NCBI GenBank assembly: GCA_000708835.1
Contig: DF237092.1
Location: 23,365 to 87,364 of the forward strand
Direction: 5' to 3'
Origin: Klebsormidium nitens
Taxonomy: Eukaryota; Plantae; Klebsormidiophyceae
Length of the DNA: 64,000 nt
Below the pieces are notes generated by a model. It worked only from the letters and a program-made list of their open reading frames with translations. It had not been told where the DNA came from and did not search any database. The translations under genes and the position numbers were made by a program. Shown here in pieces: positions 23,957 through 37,032 of this stretch; the first letter of the stretch is position 1; each line of letters begins with the position of its first letter.

Positions 23957-26900
23957 CTAACACGCCGCGCTTTGTCGTCGGCTTCGACGAAGCCCGGCCG
24001 TACTTCGCGGCACGACTGCCACGTGGCGAGCTCGCATCCACGATGACGTCACAGTGAGGTCGTACGACGAGGCCTCGTCCGCCACCTCCTGGGTTAGGTG
24101 CGAGTCACAGAGGCTCACACTCACAGTGACTTTCGAACTTTCTTCGGACGAGGTCTCGGCTAGGTGCTCCGCGTATTGATTGTATAAGGTCTGCACAACG
24201 AGACAACGGCTCCTTGTTAGCTCGAGATGCAGAAGAAACAATAAGGATATGGAGCAGGCGTCAGGGATTATAAGTCTTCAGGCCCGCGGTAGTTGGGGTG
24301 GAAAAGTGAAGGGACGTGCTGCTACATCGACTCCTATATCAAACACGGCCATTTGGTTGCAGTTAACTTTGCGGTTGATAGTCCGCAAGAAGCCGCTCCG
24401 ACGCACAACGAAGAGAGTCGACTGTCCTCTGCAGCCGTCAGATGCTGTGAAATAGCTAAGGCAAGCGGACCAGGGACCTTAAAAAGGTCGATTTTGCGGA
24501 TGCTCCTCGTTTTTGAAGTGTGATCCAGATCAAAGGAGGAGGCAGCTATGTGGAAGAAAAGGACAGAGCACAAACGAAAGAATTAGGGGAATGAGATCTT
24601 CACCTTGGAGAGTATCGTCGCGGCAAACTCGTCAACCCCTTCCCCAGCCAGCATCTCCCGCCCTTTACTCCTGCACGAGTCACACTCTGCACCAGTTATT
24701 CAACCAGCTGTCTTACGCTTTTTGATTATATTTCAAGCTTGCTGTTGCGGTTACTCAGCCCTGTGCCTGGATAACGCCGGATCCGAATTGCTCTGAAGTT
24801 AGTGAGGACTAACTCGTGTTGCTCTGACAAGATTGAGAGTCAGTCCAGGAATGAAGCGGCAGGTTTGGAGCATTCAGCAGAGTCCAGACCAGGAAAAGAA
24901 GTAAGACGCTAGATCTATTCCACCGTTTCAATCTGCTTGACTTTCTACTTGTTTGATCCACGGAACCGGTTCTTCAAGGGACGCAGAGCAGGTCACAACG
25001 AATGTAGTAGAGCCACGATTCCGACTTGACTAATAAAGCACACGCATCGCTCCACCGCAGCCAACCAGCTCTCAACCCGTGGCCTCACCAGGTTGGCAAC
25101 GGCCTCCGCCTAAGATCATACCCTTCCCGCCACCTTAAGCCGAGCCCCCCCAGCCCCCGGGTGGGGGCGTAACTCTCGTCACTGCTGCTGGGCTCAGCGT
25201 TACTCCCCTCCTCGTCCCACTTTCTAGACTCTGCCCAGTACGCACGGACGTCGAAGCTCTCCCCTTCCATGTCCGGCAACAGGAAAGTGCCACGTGGCGT
25301 CTCCTCGTTGGCGGGGAGAGAGAGTTGGTCGTCTTTGGGAGTGCGAGGCGTCTGGTAGAGGCGCTTCTCGATATGGGCTAGCTTAGCCGATTGGGCCTCT
25401 AATAGGGTGTAACTGAGGACGGCGAAGTCTCTGTAAGAAGGAGTCCACGTGTCAGGGTGCAATCTTGATAATAGTAGGGTTGATAATGTCAAACTTCGGA
25501 AGGCGCTTTTAGCTTTCCGGATTGTAAGGACTCAACGTGTCCGGGTTGCAATAATGACAACAATGGGTTGATATTGTCAAACTTCGGAAGGCCTTCAGCT
25601 TTCCGGATTGTCGGGTGAAGTAAGGCCGTGACAAGATGCCGAAAAAAAATAAAAGAACAAAGAACAAAGAACAAAGAACAAAGAACAAAGAAAAGATTAA
25701 AAGAAAAACATAGCGCTCGATTGCCCACACACTTCTTGGGTTGGTTGTCGAAGAGACTTGCCACGTTTCCAGCGTTTCTAGGTGATTCTTTGAACTCCTA
25801 CTAATGTGTAAGCTGGTTCTTTCCCCACCTTTCCAGAATAAGGAGAGAACGCAGAACAGCTGGTGCAGAAGCAGAAGAACGCGTTAAAAAATGCGAGTTT
25901 CACCGTGAGTTTCGGTGACAGGTGGGTTTTCGTTAGATCGTCCGGCAGCTGCTGTCTATGTGCCACCTTCGGAAGACCAAAACAGGCCGCAGAGGTCTTG
26001 GAAACTCGATTCAGACATGGTCAATTTGACATCCAAGTGCTCGAAAGTGTCCAAACCCGTTTTCTCACCTATACGTTCGCAGAGTCAGCCCAAGTACGGT
26101 TAGGGAGTAAAGAGCAAATGCAGCGCGCGTGAGCCGGATACCGGACCCTACGGCGGCGGCTTGTCTCGCGGGGTCGAAGAAGCGCACCAAAGCGCACTCC
26201 ACCGCAAAGTTCGCAGTCAGACCTGCACGGCAAAAATGACCGCCTAAGCAGTGTGCTTGTTTCCAAACCAAACGGCTGGAGAGGTCTCGACAACTCGAGA
26301 TGAGTTGTAAACTTCCACCCTGAGGTTCCGAAACAATGTTTTAATCCCATATTACAGCAATTGTGACAAAAAGGAAGGGGTATCTGACCGGGATCACAAT
26401 TTTCTTTGCAATGGTCACAGTTTCTCAAGTGACGTCGAAAAGCACAGTTGATGACTTGAAAGCTTCCTCGAAGAACAGAACTGGCAAAGAAGACCGAAGA
26501 CCTTGATAAGCCCTTGGCAGATATGAAGCGCATTTAACGTCGACCAAATTCAAGCCCATCATGCAACGAAACTCTTGCTTCTGGAAGCTAACGCTTGACA
26601 CAAGCCACTCAAACTTGGACCCGACAGAAAGTGCAATTGTGCAGAAGCTTTTGTTGCCGCACTCGTACTGGCAGAGACATGGCCATTTACGTAGATGCTA
26701 GCACTTCAAGATGACAACCTCTAGACTCACAGCAGAACAGACAGAAGCGGGCGTTTTGAGTCTTCCTGGTGGCGGTCAGCACACACGCTATGGTCACCGC
26801 ATGCCTTTATGGTTTTCTGCCCCAGCCATCAATCACCATCGACGAACTTTAAAGAAACAGACATTTGATAACGCATTATGAACCCACCGCAGTACAACCA

Positions 26901-29900
26901 GAAGCGGGCGTTTCGAGTCCTTTTGGTAGCCGTCAGCACATAAGCTATGGTCACCGCGGCGGCGTAGAAGAGGAGGCTCTTGAGGGCCATGGACTCGGAG
27001 ACAATTGCCCCGTACAGAGCAAACATGCGGTCAAGAGACGCGAAGACGTCCGCCTGCTTGGAGGCGAAGGAAGCCTGCACAAGCGAAAAGAATAAAGAAA
27101 TTTAGCGACGCGGTGAAGAAGGTTTATGCAGAACGGTTCCAAGTTAACAAGTCCGCAACAATGGACGGGTTCGCGAAACGATTTGTCTGTTTGAAGGCAA
27201 TCAAAGCTTGCAGAAGCGAAAGGGATGGACTATTTAAAGAAGAATAAAGGAGGGTTTATGCAGAATTCCCTACAATAAAGTCAGAGGACTGTTGGTCTTG
27301 AAGAACATGCGGCCCAGGAAGGTAAAGACGTATGCCTGCTCGGAGGCAGGGGACGTTGCAGCGAATGGGTCGAAACAACATTGAGAGAAGAAAACATCCC
27401 GTCTCCTACTTGCTGCTCCAGAATTGCAGCGCTCCCGCTCGCGAGCCGCTCCTGCGCCGCCTCCATTCCCGCCTGGAACGTCGCCACTTCTTTCGCGTGC
27501 CGCTCTGCGATCCCGCTCAACTCAACCAGCCGCTGGGTGTGCACCTCAAACGCCCGTTCCTGCTCCGCTCGTAACTCGACCAGTTTCCTAACCGCCTCCT
27601 TTTGACCCTTCAGCAGCTCTCCCTGCCCCTCTAACGATCTGTTCACCCCGCCGCTAACCCGCTCGGTTTGCGCCTCTAACCGACCCATCACGGCCAGGTT
27701 CTGGCTGGCGATCTCTTCCTGGCGCGCCGCGGCGGCCTCCTGCTTCTCGATGACGTCACCCACACCGTCACGAATGCGCCACGTGGCGTTGATGACGTCA
27801 TCCATGCTGGATTCCAGCAGAGCCCGGAACCCTTCCTGCTTGGACTCGAGGGTGCGCTGGAGGGAGAGGGAACGGTCGGCGCGCTCGAGAATGGCTTCTG
27901 AGTGGCCGGATACGGACGTGAGTTGCTCGGCGGTGCGGTGCGAGCTTTGGACGAGCCGGTTCACGATGCCCTCGGTTCGCTGCGTGAAATACTCGCTCCT
28001 GTGAGACAAAGGTAAATCAGTTGAGGGGAGGGCGTGAAAATAGGGATCGGGGGTGACCTTTCTGACAGTGTTCATATTACTGTTCAAACTGAGAGTATCC
28101 CGTCACTTTGGGGCTCAAGAGAACACTGGCAAGCGGGCATTGGTGCTTGAGAAGAAAGCCACAGCCTGCCTTGATTACAGGCGTTGGATATTAATAAAGG
28201 GTAAGGTCAGAATGAGCCCCAACCTTTTCTGGAGCAGGTTTATAAATCCGGAAGAGTATCAGCGCCAACCTATGATGAAGCTCAAGTTGCCCAAAAGCAA
28301 AGGAAGTCCACAACGACGAAATCCACTGAAGTTGGTAGATTCGAGCCTTTTGGAAACAGGTGGCGTCCATTAATACGAATAAGCTGTTATTAGAGCTGCC
28401 CTTGATCACCCGGGAGAATGAAATTTGAGGCTGAACCTGGACTCAGTTGCCAGTTCTGCCTTCTAATCAAAACGTTTCGTCAGGAGTAAGTATAGTTTCA
28501 GTATGACTCACTGAAGATGGTGACAGGTGGCGTCCACATGGATGAAGAAGCTGCGGTAACTAGAGTGGGCGAGGTCGTCCATCGTGGCGGTGCAGTCCTT
28601 GATGCTCCTCCCTTCAGGACACGGAAAGGTCGGCTTGCCGGACTCCGCCGCAAAGCAGTTCGCAAACTGGATGGCGAGGCGATGCCGGATGTCTGCGGAC
28701 TGCAGAGAATTTGATAACCTACATTGGTACGAATTGCCTTCTGACTCCGCAGCTCGAAGATGTTGCAGTTCTGACTTTCAAATGTGTCAGCTTCCCGCTT
28801 AGTGGGAAGCAGTTTGCAAAGTGGATGGGGAGTCGAAGGGGGATGTTGCCGGCTGTGAAGAAGAGACAACTGGTCCCTTTGCTTTCAGGAATAAGAGCTG
28901 GAAAGCTGCTGAAAAGCTGTAGTTGACGGGGCTTCTGGGTTCTGCCTACAGACTTCAGCTCAGAAACAAGCTTCCAAGTCTTGCTCCAAGTTGGACTAAA
29001 GGTGGAATGGTGCCTGAGGGCTGCCTACTGCAATGATAGCGTACACGATATAGGAGATTGTTTCATGTATGGGATAACCAAAAGAGCAGGGGATCAGGAG
29101 CACTTCAAAATGTTTTCTTGGTTCAACGAAACAAGAATCTGAGTGGTTCAGTATTTTCTTTGGCTCAATGAAAGATGTCGCACAAGATGGGCGACTATCA
29201 GCTGAGTCACAAGATGCGGCCAAGATGCAGCCACCATAATTTTTTCGTCGCTTCTCCGAGGTAAACATCGGGTAGCTTGGTGAACAGAGTATCATAAAGA
29301 CAGCTACTCACTGGTGGAAGAAACTTGGAATCTAGTAGCTTCTTTCACTTGGTGGAATCTAGTACTTTCTTTCACTCAGTGGTCTGCCTAACAGCGCAGA
29401 AAAGGGAAGGAAAAGGCTACTCACAAAGAGTGAACACTTCCAATCATTGGAGTTTAAGGCGAATCACTGCCTTACTGCATCATCTGACAAAGCAACAGGC
29501 CCCCCTTTTCAACTTAGACCTACGAAACTCGTTTTGAACAAATTCCTTCCCTCATCCCCTCTCTGTTGTCCCCCCAGCGAAGCAACAGTCCAGCTCCCAG
29601 ACTTTCTTCTCTTGCAACTTTGAACAGGCAACCTGCCCCCACTCCCCGCCCCTACTTTTCAAGCATTAATCGAATCAACGTCCCAGCTTCAGAATCGCCA
29701 TGTTGCAGCTTTGAACAAGACTTGAACAAGCCCAAAGCCTTTCACTCGCAATCCAAAATAATCAAAATTCACCTGCATGATCTCTCGGCACGAGCGCTGC
29801 AGCTCCGCATACGCCCGCTGCCGACAGTCGTTCCCCGCCTCTATCAGGCCATTCTGCCGCGCATATTGCTCCGCTAGTTCCATTCCGCTCCCTCCCTCGA

Positions 29901-30105
29901 CCTCAAAGTGTGGCAGGCTGCCCTGAGATGTCATAAGCGCCCGGGGGCTCCGAACCGGGGGGGCAATTCCAACATGGTCGCCACCCCCCCCCGAAAAGGG
30001 CCAGACTGCCTGGCAGACCCTTACATCCAGCAGGAAGAAGAAGAGGATGGACTTCAAAACGAGCCTTTGAAACTGTTCATGTTTGAAGTTGATACATTGG
30101 GCCAT
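23957..30105 (-). CDS. GEX1: GEX1/KAR5/Brambleberry-family nuclear-membrane fusion protein, ~697 aa (598 aa if intron 6 is retained)
   Basis: Exons 30105-29773, 28699-28512, 27998-27410, 27074-26888, 26222-26069, 25430-25089, 24670-24604 and 24190-23957, in phase. Features: signal peptide (LVLKSILFFFLLDVRVCQA), Cys-rich domain (CRQRAYAELQRSC..RHRLAIQFANCFAAESGKPTFPC..C..F..VDATCHHLQ), coiled coil, SKQADVFASLDRMFALYGAIVSES..LFY..LTATKRT..R.WLY with three TM segments, and YDLRRR. Confidence 0.9.
25652..25691 (+). repeat. (AAAGAAC)n microsatellite in GEX1 intron 5
   Basis: About 5.5 perfect 7-bp units. Confidence 0.9.
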
Positions 30106-30883
30106 TGACAGATCAAAGAGATAACCTGTTCAGATAGTGCGGTAGCAAGGTCTTGTCCTGTCTAACTTTGACCTAGCTGGGCGAGCATCCAGAATTTTTT
30201 ACAAGGTCAGCGTAATTACAACGGCGTAACTAGAAGGCTTCGATTGGTCCCCCAGTCGCATCCCGCACCGTTCTTCGATGCAGAGCAATCCACTTGTTCA
30301 GTGGCATTGCATCAGTTTCAAGTCACATACTGGCTTATTTTTGTACACCATCAGGCTACCCGCTGAGCCCGGTGATCTTTCTTATTGTGTTCCACTCGCG
30401 ATCTCAGTTCACCAGACCGTCTGAACAATTAAGCACACAGGACTTTGACCACCCTGTGCGAAGTGAACATGTACTGCAAAAGAGAAAGATGCCAAACGGA
30501 GCCTGATGTCAATTCTTGCAGATGGAGCTAGCAGCTAAGCTAAATGGTGGCGAACTTGTGCAGTCCCCGCCTCAAATGAGACTCCAGCATCTGCACCATC
30601 CTTTTGAGATGAGAGCTCCAGCGCAGTTTGAATTTCAACAACTTGGAACAAGTTCTTGAAAGTTCCAAGTTCAAAGTTCAAACAGGAAGAAGAGCATTGA
30701 GGAGCCGGTATGTACCTCCAGTACAGAACATCTGCATACCATCCGCTCGTATGCTGGTTCTGAATTTAATATGCATGAGATCGGGGCTTTTCGGGGTTCG
30801 CACGAAAAAATCAATTGTGTGTAGGTTATTATCCGCAAGGTATTTTGCGCCTTCAAAGTTCAATCTTTATTTTATTTTTACTT

Positions 30884-30998
30884 GTATGTACCGAGCAAGC
30901 ACCGAGCAAGCATAAATCGATGCTCGCTTGATCTATACCTGCGTATATGTGTACATACGCGGCTGCTTGCGAGTTGCCTATGCTTGCTCGGTACATAC
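30884..30998. repeat. 115-bp foldback (mini-MITE-like) between the divergent GEX1 and AP2 genes
   Basis: Perfect 18-bp arms GTATGTACCGAGCAAGCA and TGCTTGCTCGGTACATAC. Confidence 0.75.
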
Positions 30999-31291
30999 CG
31001 CTTGTTCATATGACCAACGGCCATCTTCCCTCATGCTGCAGAACCTCTGACTCTGAGAACGCGCGGACAAAGGCGAGCAAGGAGCGCCAAACAGCAACTT
31101 AGCGAGCTCGCAGAACGCGCAGCAGAAGCACCAAACTTTTCTGGCGCTGGTGAGGGGTTTCAGCTGTCCTGCATTTGTTCAGGGGACTGCTAGGGTTGTG
31201 CGTGAGCTTCTGGGTTTGCAAATTGAAACAGAGGCGGTCAAGCTATCTTTTCAAGGTGGTCCTGTTGAAGTAGGTTTGATACTGTGAATTG

Positions 31292-34200
31292 ATGGCGTTC
31301 CAAGTGGATGAGTTTATGAACGTCCCAGAGGATGAGGTAGAAGCGGCCGAGACAGGAGGAGCTGGGGAGGGGCAAGCAGTTGTGGAACAGGGAAACGGGG
31401 CTGAGACAACGCAAACCCTACCTGCTGAAACAGTTCAGGTTGCAGAGCAGGCTGTAACTACCGATGTAGGACAAGATGTGGCCACACAGGCCAATGATAC
31501 GGGAACAAAAGATGCAGGAACGGGAGCATCTGAGACAGAGGAGGCGCAGCCTGTTGCGGATGTTGCAGCAGTCGCTCCAGCAATAATCCCCCCCCGGGTT
31601 GCAGACCCCCCAGTTGCAGAAGCAAGCACCGTTCAAAAAGCAGATGCTTCGATCCAGCATGAACCCCTTCCCGGTGCATCATTATATGCGTTCTCAGAGC
31701 GGATTGAGCAGGGGTCAGGAGACGCTCCAGATGAGGGCGTTATCGACCAGGGGGGGGAGCTGGATGCAGCCATGGAGGCCCCCCCCATCTCAATGGCCGT
31801 CCGGCAGAGCATGGAGAGCGACCTGGCGCCCCCCCTGCCTGCGGAACCACAAGTCACAAAAGAGGCCGCTCCGCCGACATCAGCACCGCATCAGCAGGAC
31901 CCATACAACCGGCCGGACCTGCAGCTCTCCATGGCTGCATTGCAGCAGGCGGCGAGCATCTTGCAGAGCTCGAACCAGACCGACGCATCCGCTAGGAATG
32001 CAGTTAGTGATGCGAGCCAAGCGCTGCAGAACGTCGCGCTTTTGCAGAGCATGGTGCGCTTGCTGCCAACCGAAGGACTGAAGATGAAGCACGGGAGGCC
32101 GTCCCGCTTTAAGGGGGTCACTCCTCACCATAGTCGCTGGCAGGCCCGCATCAAGGAGGCGAGGAGGGACATCCACCTGGGGTACTTCAATACAGGTTTG
32201 CGCAGGCAATCAGTACTTTCAGTGTTACATTTACTCTTCTCCATCTTTTTGCATGTGCACAAATTGGCACCAGTGTTCTTACATTGCTGATTGGCGCTGT
32301 GGATATCATGCATGTTTGAAGCACCTGCTGATTGGGTTTGTCTGGCTTGCATTCCTCGATTGGTTTTTACTCTTGCAAGCGAACTTTGGAAATTGATTGA
32401 CTGACTTTGTGTTCTTGAGGTTGAGGCAGGAGTTGGCTTCCCAATCAGCTGGGCGGTTTTTGAGCACTGTGCCTCAGAAACATTGCTTTCTGCATTGTTG
32501 CACGTCCCTTGCTTGCAAGCAATGAACTTCTGCTAGCTTTCTTGCATTAGTAGGCACTTTTTTTGGATTTTGTGAAATGCAGGTCACGTCACATGCACTT
32601 GAGAAAGCTGTTTGTGTCTTGGCCAGATTTTGTCTTGGCCAGAGGCCTCATCTGCACTTATTTCAGCTTTGCATGCTTGTCTGGCGCACCTGAGAATTGT
32701 GCGTCAAAAAGAGGAGAAACTAAAAGAGATAGTATCTGGCAGATGTTCAGGATCAATTTTGGTCCCGAAGGCTTGACAGTGATCCTGTCACTCTCTTTCA
32801 AGTGCAAAGCGAGGGGCTGGCACTTTGTGGCGCTCTTGGGCTGAAACATCGACTATCTCCTGCACCAATACATGGGTTATCATGATAAGAAATTGTTTGA
32901 ATCATTGAACCGCAGTGGTTGATTGTTTCATATGAACAAAATGCTGAAGCTGTGTCTGATCCGTCCAGAGGAGGCCGCCGTCCGCGCGTACGATCGCGCC
33001 GTCCTCAAGTTCCGCGGCGCCGAGGGCCTGACCAACCTGTGCGCGGCCGACTACGAGGAGCCTGCCACCGTGCACACCCCAACCGGCGTCCCCGGGAAAG
33101 TTGACGCGGCCACGATGACCCCGATCGATTGTGCGGAGTCGAAGGGCGCAAACCCGCTGCCGCACGGGTACTCGCCGGAGCAGGACGATCTGCTTCCGGG
33201 GCTCATGCGCTGCCCGAAGTGTGGCAAGATGAAGACGGGCGACGGGACTCAGGTGCGTGGGGCGTTTTTCAGCATGTAGTCTCGGGTTCCGTAGATTGCT
33301 TTTGAGTGGCATGCCCTAGGCCGTTTTTCTTGCCTTGCCTGAAAGTTGGATGCGCGGCAGCGCTACTGAGTGATGCCTGACTCATGCCTTGTACAATGGA
33401 CAAGCAGGGCTTGCTCTGATTGTGTATCCACGTGTCTCTCGGGCTGGCCATTAGTGGTGCTTGTCTTGGCAAGATTGGTGGAGGTCTCTGCCCAACTCTT
33501 ATTATTGATTCCAGTTGGCGCTGCTTCTCTCAGCGGCAAGGTCACTGACTCTAACATCAAACCTAACGCACTAGCATCGCAAGCTGACCCTTACGCTTTC
33601 AACAGATTCCCGAACTTCTCACTTGCAACTGAAATTAACTTTCTCTTCTGCAGCCAACTACGACCGCCGCCGCTCCCCCGGCTGCCCCCGGCCCCCCGCC
33701 CCCTCCCCCCCCTCGCCACGCCCTCCCCCGCCTCAAACTGCCCGTACCAACATGCAAATGAGCCTCGCCGCGGGCCCTCCTAGCCCGCTCCCCTCCGCTC
33801 TTCCCAGCCCCACCGCTCTAGTTAGCCAAGCTGGTCTTTCCTCCACTCTCGAGGCGTACCAGTCGGTGCTCGGGTCGTTTGGTTCGCAGACGGTGGCGGA
33901 GTTTTGGTCCGCTGCGGCGGCGGCGTTGAGCCCCCCGAACGGGATTGGGGCGCTGAGCCCAAGGGATGCCGCGCCGGCGGCGCAGAAGTCGACAACAGGT
34001 ACAGTTTTTTTGCTTTCTTGTGTTTTCTTCGGAAGAGACGCTCTTTGCATGAGCGGGCCGTTTAGAGCGACTTGAATTGGTCGACGGCAGTCCTCAACGG
34101 TACGCTCCTGTGAACGAGTGTTGAACAGCCTGTTTGGCTGTGGGGACATGTTTGCTGACACGCAAAACCCGCCGTCTCAGAGGTTCAGATCACATCCTTG

Positions 34201-37032
34201 CACATATATTTGCACGTGTATAAGTTCAGGATAGCGGCCTTAAAGAGGTCCATCAAGAGGTCCCCAAGCAAAGTACATAGCCTGTGTTCCAGACAGATGG
34301 CAAGGGTATGGAGAGTTATTGGTGCGTCTCGCACATATGAACCCTCACTCGTAGCCCACTGAAGACTGCCTTTCCTTATGTGGGCCGAAGAGTCTGATTG
34401 AATCAATTCATCGAGAAAGATGGGCAGACTGATTGCTTCTCTGAAGACTGTATGTGGTCACAAGTTGCTATATCTTCAATTGTAACAGGTTCGCTCACAA
34501 ACGCGTGACATGATTATAGAAACCTGCAGAAGTTTCATCACCAAAAGAAGCATGATCTCCTCAAATCATCGACTTCCTCGCTGGCACACTAAAATTGAAT
34601 GAAGCTGTAAACTTGATGCAGATGAGCATTGAGTTTACAGAGACCTTCCGTGAAACGAATAAAATGAGGGTTTCATATGGGAGGTAACCCACTTTGTAGC
34701 TTCCCTGCAGCTGGGCCTTCCTCAAGCGCACCACCAATGGCTCCCGCCCTCCCCTCGCAAACCGCACCCCCGCTTTTCACGCGGCCGCGCCCCGAGGCCA
34801 TCCAAAACGTGCTCGTGCACCCAGTAACTAGTCTGGCGACTTTGGCGGCGATGGACGCGCTCGTTCTGCGGGAGGCGGGAATCGATCCGGAGCTGTTCTT
34901 CAACACGCAGAAGCGGCGTGCGTTGCAGAGGACGTCAGCATATCGGGGGATCACCAGGCACCACGGGCGGTGGCAGGCGCGAATCAAGGATCAGCGGCGC
35001 GACATTCACCTGGGCTATTTTGACACTGGTAAGCTGGGGGGACTCAAGCGTGCTGCCTCGTTGGTTCGTCTTCGCATGCACACGCTTAGGCCAGGAAGTT
35101 AGGGTATGAGAAGATGGAGGAGCTTGGCGTGCTGGCGTTAGTCGAGGCTATGGCGCTCTTCGCGCCGCCCAAGAAAAACGTAGGACAGTTTACTTCATTC
35201 TGTAGAATAAAGGAGAAACGAAAGGTCGGTTCGCTCGGTTGACTCACAACAGAATCACGGAGAACCAACATCGAAGCTGAAGTCTTCAAAGAAGGCGAGC
35301 TTGAGGAGCCATGCGCAGTCACTGTAAACCTCCGTCTGCACAGTTGAGGCCCTACTGGGCTTCTAACATGGAAGTGTTCCTCTGATCACTCGCTTTTTAA
35401 TCCAGTCCTGAATTCAGTGCGATATTCCGATTGCCGAATGTATGTCAGAACCTCCCTTCACCATAGCCTACCTCATCTCCTCTTTGCTCGGGCATACGAC
35501 CAGGCCGTGCTGCGCTATCTTGGCACCGTGTCTACCGTTTTCGTAGCACCCGTTGTCCATAATCTATCTCGGGTTCTCATCGTTTTTGTCTTTCTTTGCA
35601 GAGATCGCGGCTGCTCGTGCGTACGACCAGGCGGCCCTCCGCTACCGTGGCACCAAAGCGCAGCTGAACTTCCCTGAGACGGACTACCCCCCCGAACTGA
35701 AACAGGTAATATCGTTTAGTGACCGAAGCATCCACCTTTAGTGGAACATTCTGTGTCGCAGGGTTTCGTGTAGGAGCCCTCGTCCTAGCTACATAAAGGT
35801 GTCTGAGTCAAACTGAAACTCTAAGTTGAGTGCTTACGAGCCCCTGATCCTCATCCGTTCTGACTCCCGAAATCACCTGACCGTCTCACTTTACTGTTCA
35901 AAGGCGTTGATTGATTTTTTACTGAACCGGATTGGTTTCTGAAACAGGAGGGCGAGCGGCGCGTTGCGGCGGGGGCGCTCCAGGACGTGGAGGACCCAAT
36001 CATTGCGCAGAAGCGCAAGGAACTTCTAGGCACCCTCCGGGCGGAGCGCGCCCAGGCGAAACGCCAAAAGGTTCTCGCTCAGGGGGGGAAGCCGAAGGCG
36101 CGTCGGGTTGGTGGGGCGCCGGGGCAGCCTGACGCAGGGGAGTTGCCGGCGGGGTGGCAGGGGCAGCAGGGGGGGGGGTTGGTTGGCGCGGAGGGGACGA
36201 TGCCTTTGGAGGCCGTCAACACAGGTGAGCGCGATGAGGTTTGAGAGGATCAAAAGTTGCAGCCGATTTTTGAATTCGCTTTTGCAGACGGAAAGAAAGC
36301 TCTTGATGTTACAAAGTAAGCAGGCCACTTTTGGACCTGTGTTCGAGAGAGACGTTCTGCACTTAAGTGCTTCACTCATCCTTGGGCAAGACTCCGTTTG
36401 ATCTCTCCATTCCACCACATGTCAGACGGAAAGGGCTAGCAGACCATCATAAGGAGGGGCTCTTATCTTTGCGCTAGTCTGTGCTCATAAGTTGCTTTGT
36501 TCCCGACGCTACTCCGCCTCTCCTCTCGATCATGCCAAGGTGTCTAAGTGGGCAACCGTAGATCAGTATGGCGTCGCTTCAGTACGGGGTGCAGAATGGG
36601 GTGCAGAATGTGTCACCTCTCATTTTGCAAGAGCCGAAACGTCTGAAAGATCGTCACGGGAACCAGCCACAACCATGGACCCTCAGTCCGCTTTCCAGGC
36701 CTGACGCTATCCGGCCTTTTCCTCGTTTTGCAGAAGGCGTCCAAGCGAGCGGCGTAAATGGCAGCGCCCCGGTCCCCGTGCAACCAGGACTGCTCCAGCT
36801 GCCAGCTCCTGGTGGTGAATTGGGTCAGGTCGGGGCTGAAGTTGCCCAATCGGTAGCGGAGGTCGAAATGCCCGGACCGATTCCGGTGGCGGAATCAGTT
36901 TCGGTGGCGGAGGACGGAATGGCCGGGCCGATTCCGGTGGCGGCGGAGGTTCCCGGGGTAGAGCCTTGGGTGCCCGGAGGCGAAGGACCGGCTGACCAGG
37001 AGATACATGCAACAATACCGCTCCAGACTTGA
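31292..37032 (+). CDS. Transcription factor with two AP2/ERF DNA-binding domains
   Basis: Exons 31292-32195, 32969-33252, 33654-33998, 34711-35028, 35602-35705, 35948-36224, 36734-37032. Domain 1: [31 protein letters not shown]|[19 protein letters not shown]. Domain 2: [31 protein letters not shown]|[25 protein letters not shown]. Exon 3 needs one extra base in a C-run to stay in frame. The start codon is uncertain. Confidence 0.85.
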
